A stretch of 64,000 bases of DNA from Carcharhinus amblyrhynchos (lineage: Eukaryota), in contig OZ336884.1 in NCBI GenBank assembly GCA_965287045.1, forward strand, positions 47,492,001 to 47,556,000, written 5' to 3'. How positions within the stretch are numbered: the stretch's first letter is position 1; the number at the start of each line of letters is the position of its first letter. Shown in pieces: positions 38,713 through 52,200 of the stretch. The notes beneath the pieces are model-generated. The model was given only the letters and a program-made list of their open reading frames with translations, was not told the origin of the DNA and searched no databases. The position numbers and the translations under genes are program-made.

Positions 38713-41700
38713 CAGTGGGGATGGGGTTGTGTGATTACCTTGCGCCCAATCGAATTGAGACAGACAGGGTATAAATTTCATACTGCCTGTTCATATCAAT
38801 GATTGTAACACGCAGCTTAGGGGGGGAACATGTTGCTGACCTGCTAGTTACACTCAGCAGAAGGACATGGTTTGAGTGGGGCTAGCAAATAGGACGGTCT
38901 CATTCCCATTTAAGATGCAGATCAAGGGAGCATCGTTACACCAGCTCTCAAAGCTGAAGCTGGGATTGCAGGTCCCGTTTCAAGAGACGTCAGTCCCTCA
39001 CTCCACTGAGGTCTAAGTCCTGATCTCCAATTTGAGGAAGCCGTTCAAGATCAAGGCCTTGATCAAGGTCTTTCTCCATCAAAACTACTAACCTTTAGAA
39101 AGTTCTCAGACCATCCCAATTACCAGCCCAGACCAGCAATGCACGGGGTTATGGGGATAGGGCCTGGGTAGGATTGCAGTCGGTACAGACTCGATGGGCT
39201 GAATGGCCTCCTTCTGCACAGTAGGATTCTACAATTCTATTTTAATAAATTCTTGATAAGGCAGTTGAAACAGAAAGATATTATGAATAGTAGAGCAACA
39301 GGGCCCTGGCCATCTGACCACTTCTTAATTGACCCGGAATTTTTAGTTCCATTTTACATGCATCCATTCCACAGAAAAATGTTACTACTGTTCACATAGC
39401 ACAACAAAGTTATTAATTGGTTGTTGCTAAACAATCTATACGCTTGTTCTATGGAGCTCCCTCATTAACTGGCAGGGTTCAGTAAAACTACTTGCATTTC
39501 TTTGTATTAAATTTGACACGTTTAGAGAGATTCTGCTTCACTGAATTGCAGTGTGTCAAGTAATGTCTTGAAGATTAAAGAATCATGAATTTTTAAAACT
39601 CCCAAACCAGTTAACTATTTTATCTCTTTCGTTTTTCCTCCCACTTCCCAATAAAAAAAAACCTTAATCCACAGTGTGAACAGGTGTAAACAGAATCAAA
39701 ACAGCTGCACATGCTGAAACAAATTCGAAAAAGTGCTCAAAACTATCAGCTATATTCATGGAGACAGTGGGTCAAAAAAAGTGGGTGTGTCGTGGAACTG
39801 TTTGTCTCACTGAAGCATGTCATGTTACTGAAAAGGTTGGGAACCATTGCTTTAGACAACTCCCACCCATCTTTTTGCAGTTAATAGCTTTAAATATTGT
39901 GCTTTCATTTTTTGAGTCAGTTTTAAATACCTCCTTATTACTGCTGTAATTCTTCCAATTAATCGATATTGCTACTCCTCTTTTCTCAATATTGTGTCCT
40001 TTCTAAAGATGCTATGGCCTGAATTAAATGGATGATAAGCATGCCCTAATTGTAGCCATGTCTCTGTTTGCAATAAGCCTGATTTGCCAGCAACCACCTG
40101 CTACTCATGAGAGGTTCCTTCGGAGAGTTAGCTCTTAATTTCATTTTCCCCACATGTAATGGAGAAGCTAAGTGAGGGATTCCTGAACAAAATGGTGCAA
40201 GAATTTTACAAAAACCTACAGGTAGCTTCAAGAAATTAGAAGCCTACAATGCAATTTCATCTTCACCAACTTCCCTTTCATAGAAAGTATGCATATCATT
40301 GAACTGGTGCAGATATCTGTGCCAGTTCTAGAACCTGAAAGAGAATAGAACCCATGGGAAGTGGGATGGTTAGTGGCTTCACGCCTTGATTCCTTCATTT
40401 ACATTTTTCTGCCATGGATCAGGGGCTGCTTTAGACAGATCGGAGACTTGTTGGAATTTCTGACATAGCAGATTTGGAGCAGAAACCTGGCAGATATAGA
40501 GTCTGTTCCAAATTCTTACTTGCAGCCATCTCTAATTCTGAAGCTGACAAAACTAGGGAGAAGCAAAAAAAAACTGAGCTGAGGGTTTATGGTGATCAAT
40601 AGTCACAGAATCATTCACAAGAACATAAGCTTTGTTCAAAATTGCAATGTTTTAAACTTAAGTCTTAATGAAATAGTATTTACATGTGTATGCTAACAGA
40701 ATGTCTGCACGTCCACTCCTTTTGTGTGTATACTAGCACAATTCTCTCACTATTAGATTGTGTTTGAGTGATTGATCTATAATACCATTGAATCTACTTA
40801 AGCAAGCTCACAGAAATAAAAACATAAGCATGTGAAATATTTACAATTTCATGTCTGTTAATCAAAAATAAAAAGAGGGAAAGGAGGAAAAAGATCTTCC
40901 ATCTAAAATCAGTACCTTTCATAACTTCAGGATGTCCAATTTAGTATATCGGAGGTAAAACCACTGTTGTTTATTAAGAATACGTGGCAACCAATTTATA
41001 TTCAGCAAGATAGCACAAACAGCAAGAGATAAACGGTCAGAGGTTTTTTTTTTAAATGATGTTGGTTGAGAAAATGGGATTGCTGAATTTATGTTTGGGA
41101 CCCAGGTGGTAAATATGTCAGAGTATTTCTCAGGGAACTCTAATCAGTTCCTTCACATTTTAGAGAAATTGTCAATAGCAAATGAAGACCATTGGAAAAA
41201 AAATGAATCCATAAATTACAAAGATGTCTTCTTTCAAACATATTGCCCATCAGTTGTGATTGCATTAGGTTCAAAACAATAATGGTATTTTATCTACTAA
41301 TGCTAGAGGTAAATTGCACATTAAAATGGATCTGCAATTACTTCACAATAGGGGAACATGCAAGCATCCATCCAAACCGCTAAAGCATCAGAGAGGTTAT
41401 AGCTGGGTTTTTGATGTCATATACAATTCATAGATTTTACACCAGTTGTGAATGCATTTTCTGCATATTTGACTTTTGACCCAGAAATATTTGATCATCA
41501 CTAATATTCAAAGTGAAGGTAGTTAAGAGAAAGCAGTTGCCATTTTAACCACAGTTCCCATTTTTGTCTCAAGCTGCTGAATTCCTCTCTTAGTGAGATA
41601 TTATAGTAAAGCAAGATTTCTGCTCATTTGTTTAGCAAATGCAAATCCCCCAAGCAAGGCAACAATTTGTTCAGCTTTTTTTCTGGGTCAAGGGTCATTT

Positions 41701-42718
41701 GGCATGCAGAGACAAGATGGAGCCAGTGTCAAGCTGGAAATTAAACTACTGCTGTACCAGATGGTTAGAGATGAAGGAGAAGGATCCTGGGCAACATTTA
41801 AGAGACAAGAGGTGTTTTTCTTGGCTGTCTTTAAACAAACCAGAGCCATTATCACCACCTACAAGTCTTGTGCCCCATTTTACCAGGTAGCTCCACACTG
41901 TGATAGTAAGAGGCAATCAACAAGAAAACCCAGCAGGAACATAAGCCTCTTTGCACCCATCAATATTTAAATATAGCAGCAGATAGGAAGAGGTATACTC
42001 AAGGACAAGCTATGGGAAGTCTAGCTTGAGGCAAAAATGCAGCATAGGCATTCTTTCCCAAATGTTGTTCCCTTTCTGCCACTATCCCTCTCAGTTTCTG
42101 GCAAGATATTTAATACCTTTCCAAATTATGTAAACTGTATTCTTTACTTTTGCTCATCATTTTTTATATTTCATAGACACAGGAGTCAACATGTTTCATA
42201 ACATTCAGCTTTGGTTCCATTATTTGAAATATGATAGCGCTTAGATTACAAAATATAAAAGTGTGATTCAACAACACCTTGACAAACATTACATTATAAA
42301 CGCACTATTAAGTGAACTTGATAAACCAATGTTACACAGCTGAATTTGAACACAATTTTGTACTGTGGATTGATTTAAAGTGAAAATAGGATTGAAAATG
42401 GCAGTCTTAATTTGACCTATAACCCTTAAAAGCCAATTTAAAAAATAAACTTTCAAGTTCTCTATATAACTTCAATTTGACCATTGATTCTACTGTTTAA
42501 GGATCTCATAATCTGCAGCGTTTCATCTCTTCAGATGATTGAACAACCATGTAACAGGGGAGATCAATTGAAAGCAAGACAAGTCATACTGTAGCGTGAA
42601 CAGCTTCAAGGTAATTGGAGGCAATAACACTCAGAAGCAAAACGACAAAGTTTTATCTGATGGATGGCATACAATATCATAATCATTTAAAAGATGGCAG
42701 AAGAGTAAATAATTATAC

Positions 42719-42926
42719 CTAATACAGACAACCCAAGTATACCGATGTTCCTCTCTCCTCTGTCAGGCAGGTTGTTCACCAAACACTGGTACGTCCCCGT
42801 GTCTGACCGCTGTGTGTTATTAATGAAGATGGAGGCACTTGTGCTGGGCATGGTGGTGACAAAACCCACACGGGAATTAAATTGGGTGGCTCCACTAATT
42901 ACCTGCCCTCCCTGGTACAAAATTAC
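42719..42926 (-). CDS. IGSF11: IGSF11 coding exon 3 (second half of the Ig V-set domain), 208 bp
   Basis: Acceptor tttcttttgtcgcag|GTA and donor TTAG|gtataa. Translates [69 protein letters not shown], with the DxGxYxC V-set motif and an NNT sequon. In frame with the flanking exons. Confidence 0.97.
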
Positions 42927-43777
42927 CTGCGACAAAAGAAAACAAGAAGAGGAAAAATAAATACATTTAGCTTAAACTAAAACATAGCACAGAGTCATAG
43001 ATGTTTATAGCATATAAACAGGCCCTTCGGCCCAACTTATCCATGCTGTCCTTTTTTTAAAACTCCTAAGCTCATCCCAATTAAATTCAGTAACATTTCA
43101 TTCTATGACAAAATTTTATATTTAAACACCATTGACCACAGCATCAATGCTGTTATGTAGCAGTATAATTGCACTGAGTTCAACAACACAAGGGGTCCAA
43201 TTGTGCAGGACTCCAAAAGAGATGGCAATTGAGACCCCAACATGTCCAGCGATGGTTTGCTTGGTCAAAATCTTTATAATAATTTCAGAATTTCACCAAT
43301 CCAATTAATTGTCAGGGAATGTATACTTCCTGTCAGGCTGAAAATCCCCAATAGGAGCTTAACCATTTCAATTGCAATTCTACAATCTTGATGCTTTTTT
43401 CCTTTATTACTGGAGCTATAACTGAATTGTATATAATGTACAGCACAGATGCGAGTTTTTAAATGGAAAATGGTCATGGCTCATATGCAGGCTGCACACG
43501 ATATTTATTGTCAAAATCATGATGGTCTCTGACACCAAGCTCTATTAACAGTAGGAGTGTGCACACCAGTGAACCCAAACACTCCATAAAACATTTAGAG
43601 TATTAAAAACAGACTGTACGCGTTTTTTAAAATGTAGTACAGTAGCTTAACATATCTTAGTGCAGAAAAGGTGTGAAGGAATTCAGCATACCCTTACACA
43701 CAGGGGATTTAATTCAGAACAGCCCTGATTACCCACCCATAAACAGAAAGACATTTTGATTCCCGCCCCTTTTTCAC

Positions 43778-44874
43778 TGTTGCCGTGTTTTCCCCGCGAA
43801 CTCAGTTTTGGAGCAATCCAATCTTCCTTAAATAATCCAACAGCAAACTTGAGATCAGAGAGTTAGTTTATTTGATACACTCAAAAGGTGAGAAGGGGTT
43901 TCACAACATAGCCCCCAGCACATTCACACAATAAGTGAGGCATGGGGAAGAAAGAGGTTCAGAGCAAAGACCACAAACAAAATAAGAATAATCATTCTGA
44001 GTCCAGAATCAGAAGTCCAATGATTTATTCCTTAAGAGAGATTAACAGCTGAAACTGATGCATTGTGATCCACAACATGGATCCCAGTGTCCAGCATTGG
44101 GAACATAATTTCCATACCGTAGCATGTCATTACCAGGCCTCCACACCCAGGTCATTCCCTTCCCTGCTCGTAAGAAAGTCCATTCACATCAGCATGAGGG
44201 CAGAACGGTGCGAAACCCGACTAATCTCCTAATATGTGCAGCTGGTAAACAGAGCTCACAGAAAAACTCAGATGAGTCTATCACTCAGGATAGTAGAAGA
44301 GGGTCACAGCTGGACATTGCCCTGGTGCATTTGTGCCCAGGCAAAGCTGGGGGCAGCGGTTGTATTTTTTTTTCTTTTCTTGGGAAGGGGTTTTTCCAGG
44401 TGAACTAATGTGCACTGGGGTGGCCTTCAGAAATGACGTCCCAATCTTCAAACAACTAAGTCGCTGGTGGGACGGGCTCAATCAACCAGCATGACGGTGT
44501 GGGACTTACCCCTTGCCGTGTCCCAAACTGGAGAAAAACAGCTCTTCAACGCTGCTTTCCCCACCACTTGTCACCCTTTGCCAAATTCAGGGAAAATTCT
44601 GCTAATTGTCTATGTAGGCCAGAGTTCAGCCTTCAAAGTGTAAAAGGGTTTTTGCACATTTCCTTGGAATTTGATTTTTGTAGTCACAGAAGGCATAAGC
44701 AATCCTTTGGGGTAACAACATCCTTATTGTTTTCTGAAGGATAGTAATTCCTTTTGTGTGAGTCATAGCTACTGAGACTTCAGTATAAAGTCTTTAACCA
44801 TTTTAAAAAATAATAATTTTATGAAGTAGCCAAGACGATATTTATTTTACCCTTTATGTTTCTTCGGCATAACA
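43778..44874. mobile_element. Probable solo LTR (about 1.1 kb)
   Basis: Begins TGTTGCCG and ends CGGCATAACA (TG...CA with a short inverted terminus). Flanks tcac/acac resemble a 4-bp target site duplication with one mismatch. No internal coding remnants. Confidence 0.55.
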
Positions 44875-45151
44875 ACACTTAGAAAAACTTCAAATTCTTC
44901 AAATACAAAATAGCTGTTGGATGGATGGGAATTACTGCTGAAAACAACAGGATTTCTAGTATGTTTGCAGAACATGGTGTAGCTGCTTCCTATAACACCA
45001 AGAATGAATCATTATTTGAGGACCGTACGTTTATTAACCCCAGTAACATGATTTCAATCCCAATTAATTACCCATACTCCGATCAATATTTCCCTTCACA
45101 CTTGCCCCAAAATGACAATGTTAAAAATTTATATGTTGTTCAATTAGAGTA

Positions 45152-45447
45152 AAGGTGGCACAGTGGTTAGCACTGCTGCCTAACAGTACCAGGGACCCAG
45201 GTTCAATTCCCGTCTTGGGTCACTGTGCGGAGTCTGCATGTTCTCCTCGTGGCTGCATGGTTTCCTCTGGGCACTCGGTTTCCTCCCACAGTCCAAAAGA
45301 CATGCTGGTTAGGTGGATTGGCCATGCTAAATTCTCCCTCAGTGTACCCAAATTGGCGCTGGAGTGTGGCAGCTAAGAGATATTCACAGTAACTTCATTA
45401 CAGTGTTGATGTAAGTCTATTTGTGACACTAATAAATAAATAATAAG
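45152..45447 (+). mobile_element. V-SINE variant with an alternative 3' tail
   Basis: Same tRNA head and V core as HE1, but ends cagtaacttcattacagtgttgatgtaagtctatttgtgacactaataaataaa. Confidence 0.8.
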
Positions 45448-48400
45448 GTAGGGCATCCACAATATGGATTCTGCATATTTGCTTAAGGTGTTTTACTGTC
45501 TTTGAATACACCACACAGAGAAGGATGCTTATTCAAAATGGAGATGGATACTTAAATTTACTCTGCTATCAAGCTGAAACATTAGCCCAGGTCTGCCAGT
45601 CTCCAGATCGACAGAGACTGAATGTTGCCCCTCCTATAGGGCACCTCAAATCCCACAGCATGATGATTCTGTGGGAACGGCTTGAGAAGTTAATGCTCTC
45701 GAATTAAACCCTGTTGAATTACTAGTTCAGCTAGTTGAAAGCGGGATGAACTGATTCACTTTGAATCATAAGCCACAGATCAACCCTGAACCAAATTTCA
45801 TTATGCATTTAAATGGACAGCATTTCAGTGGACTTGCGTGTAGTTGCTAAAATGTTTCTCCTGGTTGGGAAATCGAAAACATAGGGTCACCATTCAGAAT
45901 TGGGGTAGGTCATTTCAAACAGAAAGGAGAAGAAATTTCTGCACTCAAAGAATGCAGAAATTCTTTGCTGAATCTTTTGAATTTTCTGTCCCACAGAGCT
46001 ATGGAAGTTCAGTCAAAATATATTCAAAACCAATGTCAATAGAATCTTCGGGTACGGCGGGAATTCTAGGATATTACAGGAGGATGAAATTAAGATCAGT
46101 TGAATGGCATTACAGGCTTAAAGAGCCAAATGACTTGATTCAGTTCCTGGGAGGATTCTCCAGGCCCGCTAGCTCCAATCGCAAATCACAATGGCTCAGA
46201 GAATTGGGTGGTGTCAGCACAAAAAAATGGGTTTTTGGCACTAAAAATGGCAGTGCCAATTGGGAGGGTGGGAGCCTGAATATTTAAACTGGCTAGCTAA
46301 CAAAGACCTTAATGGGCTTCAAGCCCAATTCAAATACATCCCTCTATTCACCTATCTCCCCACTGAGATCTGCAGTAGATGAACTTTCATACAGGTCCAG
46401 TAACCCCCAGCAACTAGAGGCACCCTCTCCCCAACGCCACGCAGACATGTTGTTTATCCTACACGATGTGTCACTCAGGTCCCCTTCCCCCTCAGACCCC
46501 CACTCAGTCTCCCTTTAGACTGCGTGGCTTGGCAGTGCCAACCATGCACTTCCCCCGGCACTAACACCCTGGCCTGGTGCCTTAGGCCTCAAGGGGGCTT
46601 GAAGATGGAGGTCCACTGGCCATTTACCCCATTGCCAGGCTACAGGAGAAGGGTCTGTCAAGGGTCCTGGGAGTTGGGTAGGCTTGGGCTGGGGGAAAGG
46701 GGTTGATCTCACCACTCGTCACTGAGATGGGGATGTCATGGCTGGACTGCCCCTTCTAATCCTGGCATAATGGCAGATCATGCCTGGCATGGTGATTTCA
46801 GGTAGCCCTGTGATTAATATCTGCATTCCTGCTGTGCAAATTCTGAAGTGGCCAGGTTACTTAAATCTCCATACCCCCGTCACCTGACAGTATTTTAAAT
46901 CATTGCAGCACTCCATTCTGCAGCAGAGATTTTCCTTTCTTCCTGTCAAAAATTGCAGACCCTTTGAAGTCCTCTGACTGAGAGTGGATGTCAATTTTAC
47001 CTGGCTAGGCTTCCATTCTTTGAGTGCTATGCACTGAGCCCCAATGTATGCACACAGCTTTGATGTGAAGTTGCTCAGGCTTCCCAGCGAACTGAAATCA
47101 TTGAAACCCTCTCCATTGCACTCAAAGCCTTTTATCAGTAACAAATGCAACATGCACTGCCTTAAGATTCAATTGTCAGCTCAACAGCTTTTTATCATCC
47201 TCCGGCCACCTGTGTTTTTTACTTCCCACAGTTGAATGCACTTCAAGCACCCCATTGATCCTGACTGCAATAGTGAGAGTAAAGCCTGATGACAATTTGT
47301 GATATAACTTCCTCTTTGAAGTGTTTGCAAAAGCCCACCAGATGGCCCTTAAAGGGGCCATGCTACCAAAGGAGACCAATTACAGATTAGGTGATCATTT
47401 TGCAGAATAGCTCAATTCAGTCCATAAGCGTAATCCTAAGTTTCCAATTGCCTGTCATTTTTATTCTCTACCCGCTTCTCACTCTGACCTACATTGTTCC
47501 AATAAAGTTCAATGCAAGTTTGATGAGACACTTTATACCTTCTGGACTCATTGAGTTCAACAATTACAGATCATAACTGGCTCCTATTGGTTTTGGACTG
47601 GCATTGCTGGCATGGAACTGCTTTTGTCATATGCAACTTATCCAGACTTGTATTTGTTTCTTCTCTTGACGCATTACCAGCTCCTTTTGCTTTCCATCAT
47701 GATCAGGGCATGTAATCTTTCTTGCTTTCTGAGCTATCACCAACCTGCTCTTTTGCTGTCCCCCACCCACCCCCAAACCCATCCACTCTCCTATCTCAGT
47801 ATTTACTTAGAATCTGCTACATGTCAAACTTCTCCAGTTCCAGTGAAAGGCCAGCAACTTGAAATGTTAACTCTGTTTCCCCCTCCATAGTTGATATGGG
47901 TATTTCCAACATTTTTTCTGTTTTTTTTTTGATTTCATTGCCTGTCTCAGTTCTGACTGCACCGTTTTTGCAGCTACCCTGACTTCTGATACCACATGGA
48001 TGCATTGTACTTCGCCAAATCGCCCAAAATGGAGCACCATTTCCACAGAGAATGAGGTCCACCATTTCCATATTGATCCTGCATGAATTTCCACTAAGCT
48101 CCCATCGGGGCCATCTTTGACCGCTTCTTCCCTGAAGCAAATATCCAGAGGGGGTAGACCCCATTTCTTGCTCGTCCACATTGAGTGGTTTAGGTTAGCA
48201 GTCAATTCCTGGTAAAATATGTTCTAAGTGAAAGTTATAGCTTTTAGCTCCTCGCACACAGGTCTTCTCAAAGTGGAAGCAACCCCAGATTAGACTCATG
48301 AGATTTACTCAGGAGAACTGTCAATACAAAAGTTCTGAGTAGCCGAATTTAAAAAAAAACTTCCTAGATTCTGGCCTTGATGAAGCTCATTAGGTTTCCA

Positions 48401-48472
48401 CAGATCTTGCTGCCAGCTATACTAGATCTTCTATATCAGCGTTGACTAACTGTAGAATTTAGTGTGAATAAT

Positions 48473-48815
48473 GAGCAGCACGGTGGCACAGTGGTTAGTG
48501 CTGCTGCCTCACAGCAATAGTTAGAGTAAAGCCTGATGACCCAGGTTCAATTCCTGCCTCGGTGACTGTCTGTGTGGTATTTGCATATTACTGCGTGGGC
48601 TTCCTCTGAGTGCTCCAGTTTCCTCTCACAGTTCCAAGATTTGTGGATTAGGTTGATTGGCCATGCTAAATTGCCCCTTAGTGTCCCAAGATGTGTAGAT
48701 CAATGAGGTCAACAGGGTATGTATGTTGTGGAGTTACGGGAATCGGGGCTGGGAGAACTGTTGTTGGTGCAGGCTCATTGGGCCAAATGGCCTCCTTCTG
48801 TACTGGGGATTCTAC
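48473..48815 (+). mobile_element. HE1-type V-SINE carrying a 27-nt templated insertion
   Basis: Head, core and tail as in the other copies. Foreign sequence occupies 48514-48540. Confidence 0.8.
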
Positions 48816-49099
48816 GGTTAAAAGCTCTGCTTTGGGGAGACTCAGCTGAGGGGCTGTTCTGAACTTGAGGAACAAAGTGAAGTAGTAAACTTAAGTTTAA
48901 AAAAAGATAAGACCAGTCACAGCCTGTGTAAGACACTATTTCTCTCAGTGCAGTTTTGTAAATTTTCTTTGTGTCAAGAACTTCACCAGCAAGTCATGCA
49001 CCAGTAAGGATAAACAGAGTGACTTTAACACCAGGGCTGAAGCACTCAGGCAAGTCTAAACTCATCAATTTACGACACAACGTTTTTTAAATAACCAAC

Positions 49100-49263
49100 C
49101 TGTTCTGGCTGATTGACATTGGAGAGGGGTGTCACAGTCCAGATGATGTTGAGTTGATTCAGAGCAGCATTTGTATTGAAGGTGCACGGTAGTTCAGCTG
49201 TTTGACCTCTGGCAACCTGTACACTCTTGCTACTCATAGTCACCTCTAATGACTCCACCCGAC
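49100..49263 (-). CDS. IGSF11: IGSF11 coding exon 2 (end of signal peptide and first half of the Ig V-set domain), 164 bp
   Basis: Acceptor ccttttcttggcag|GT and donor CAG|gttggt. Translates (G)[54 protein letters not shown], which matches the vertebrate IGSF11 motif VQVARGQ..LPC.F...AAL..LN.IW.V.PLSN.NQPEQ. Phase 1 start, phase 0 end. Confidence 0.96.
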
Positions 49264-52200
49264 CTGCCAAGAAAAGGTTAATAATATTGAACGGATGCAA
49301 ATGCAAACAACTAATGCCATTAAAGTGACTGGTGAACATTTTAAACTCGAGTATGGTTTTGCTTATGTGATGCAGATGCAATGAGCTGTTCAAATAGTGA
49401 GTGCAAGTTGAATTGGAATGTGTGACAAGCCTGTAACATGATCAAGGAGATCAGATGATACCGCAGCATGACAATTTGTGGTTTGTGAATTCTATCTCAA
49501 GCCCACAACCGTGCCGCAGAATAGGACTCGTTATCTATTACAATCTACAAAAGACCAAGATACTTTGTATCAACATAAAAAAGAACTTCCGTAAGCTGGG
49601 CTTGCTTCAAAATAGCAGATAGCCTGAAAGAATCAAAGATATTTTTACAATCATGCAATAGTAAGAGATTCTGAGTAGGTGACATGGTTTTCCAATGGAT
49701 ATTTCATGATTAGTAGCTTTACTGAAGGGGGAAGATGACACATTTGAAAACTATTGAGATATTATTCAACACCAAGACATCTGCACATCACAGATCTTTT
49801 CCCATCTCAGTGAAGAGCTCAGCATAAGAAATATGTGCTTCAGTAAAGAGGCATTAGGGGAACTGTGCCCAGCCAATACAAGACGACCTGGGGCTGCAGC
49901 AAGATTAATTTACACTCGGCACAAAGCTAACTCAGCGAATCAACAGTCCATGTTTCACCCTGGCAGAATTTATATTATATGGACAAATATTGTCAAAACT
50001 GTAAATCTCAGACACAGGCTAGGAAATGAGCCCCCAAATGATGATCAACTATCATTCTGTGAACTCCAGGGGAAAGACTGAATGAGATAAAATAAATGAC
50101 TGCAGATTCACAACAAGCCTTTTTCACAGTTTAGGCAAAGGCCAATTTCACCTCCAGCCCTGGACAAGATCATCTGGCTAAAAGCTTTGTCCATCCAAGA
50201 GGGAGGACCGGTCACCCCTAATTTCTATGTTGCAGACTCATTTCAGGTGGCCAAACATTTAGGATACCACTGTCCATGTCTATTATTTGTAGTTAACTGA
50301 CTCAATAAGGAGAATTTGAGGAATTTATCTCACTTAGCGTAACAGCAAGGCATAGCATGATAAGGATCAATAGGAAAAGGTAGCAACTGAATATCCAGAA
50401 TGTTTCTGTCTAGATGCAAATGATCTTCACAAAATGCTTGATTTTCTGGAAGTTATCATCATTCATTAACCTTCCCTGCACTGTTCTGGGAAGAGAGTCA
50501 GAGAAGAGTCAAATAAACAAATGTATTAAAGGTGACAAGGCATACATCTTAATAGAATGGATAAGGACTCTCTTAATATTTGCAAGTACAGTGGTGAAGG
50601 AAAATCGTACAAAGGCACAAGCCTTGACTAGAGTTGACATACAACAGTAAGGATCCTAAAAAAAGTTTCTTATATTACCACAAATAAGGAGTGCAGATTC
50701 CAGAGTTGCAGCTGTCCATCGCCTGAAAGATTGGACTCACAGCCTGTGTGTAGATATGATGGCTCTTGAATACACCAAGTTTCAGGCAATAGCCTATTAG
50801 CTCTCAGACCTGGACTCCAAAACAATAGGTTTCCTTCACCTCAACCAGAAATAGCAAGGTGGTAATGTCCATGGCCCTTCCCCAATCATCCAACTTCCTT
50901 GTGCTCTCTTTCTATAATGGTACCTCCCCCAATAACATTACCTATTTCCCCAAGGGGAGACAATCTGAGCTGGTGAATGAAAATGAAAATGCAAGCAACA
51001 CAATGTGATTGAAGAGGTACCAGAAGAACATGAAGCAGGATGTAAATCCAGAATCCCTGTGTGGTCTTTCCTGCTGCATCCCATAAACCACACTCACAGC
51101 ATAATTAACGCATGGAGGGCATCTATTTAAAATGAGCCCATCACTGCCACCTTCTCAGGACTAGTGACCAGTAATAAACATGGCTTAGCAGCAGTTCCCA
51201 TATACCAAAAATGAAAGATACACAATGAAAACTGCTGTCTACAGTGCCCCTTTAATCTTGCCCTCGGCCATGGAGAGGAGTAAGAGATACAACAAGGATA
51301 TGGCCTGCTCCTCACACAGCCAACAAGGAAGAAACTTGTGTCCTCTTCCCCATGTACCATCTCTATTATTGTTAAAAGATTTCAACTTAAAAATGGACAC
51401 AAGATAAGAATATTTCAGTCTGGAGGATTAGGGAACAGAAGGGCAGCAAAGTCTACTGTAATAATCTCGCCGAGGCCAGTCTTTCTTCACCATCGTCCTT
51501 TGTTTACAACACGGATAAAGTGCCACTCAGCAGCTACAGTGTGCAGATCAACCCCCAAAACCCTTTGACTACCAACATGAGTGGAGTCAGTTGGTCTTAA
51601 ACCCCCGTTGCTCCTTCCCTATTGGGCAAGCCTCCACTTGCCTAACAGGGGTGCTTGTACTCTACGAGACCCATGGGGAGAGTGGCTGACAATCTCCCAC
51701 AGCCATCATAACACCTGCCCCAGCACCTTGCCTTATTTGGACATTGCATCCAAGTTGCTCTTGTGAAAAGATTTGAGCAAATGGAGTGAAGGCTAACATT
51801 TAAATGATCTGTCCCAGATGGCATCAGACAACTAATGGCATTTAAGTGTTGCCATCACCAAACTGATGTCATGGTAGGGATTTTGGGCTGTACGTGCAAC
51901 TGCTTTACTGTTCGAAGTGGTGGTTAAACATAATGTCAAGTCCAAGTTAAGGAACTCTTAACCCCATGGTGCACTGTGAAGGACAATTTGCAGAGTTTAC
52001 CATTTCAGAGGGTGGACAACGCCCAGAATGCCAAGGGATGATGAGGCACAGTTTCCAAATTAACAAACTGGTTTATAAAAATACACAAAAAACAGAAAAC
52101 AACTTTTATAGAAGTGTACTGGAGGTAATTTTAATTCCTTCACTCAGACAGGAAACTGGCAGGATTAAATTGACCACCCACTTTATGCCCCACCTGATTT

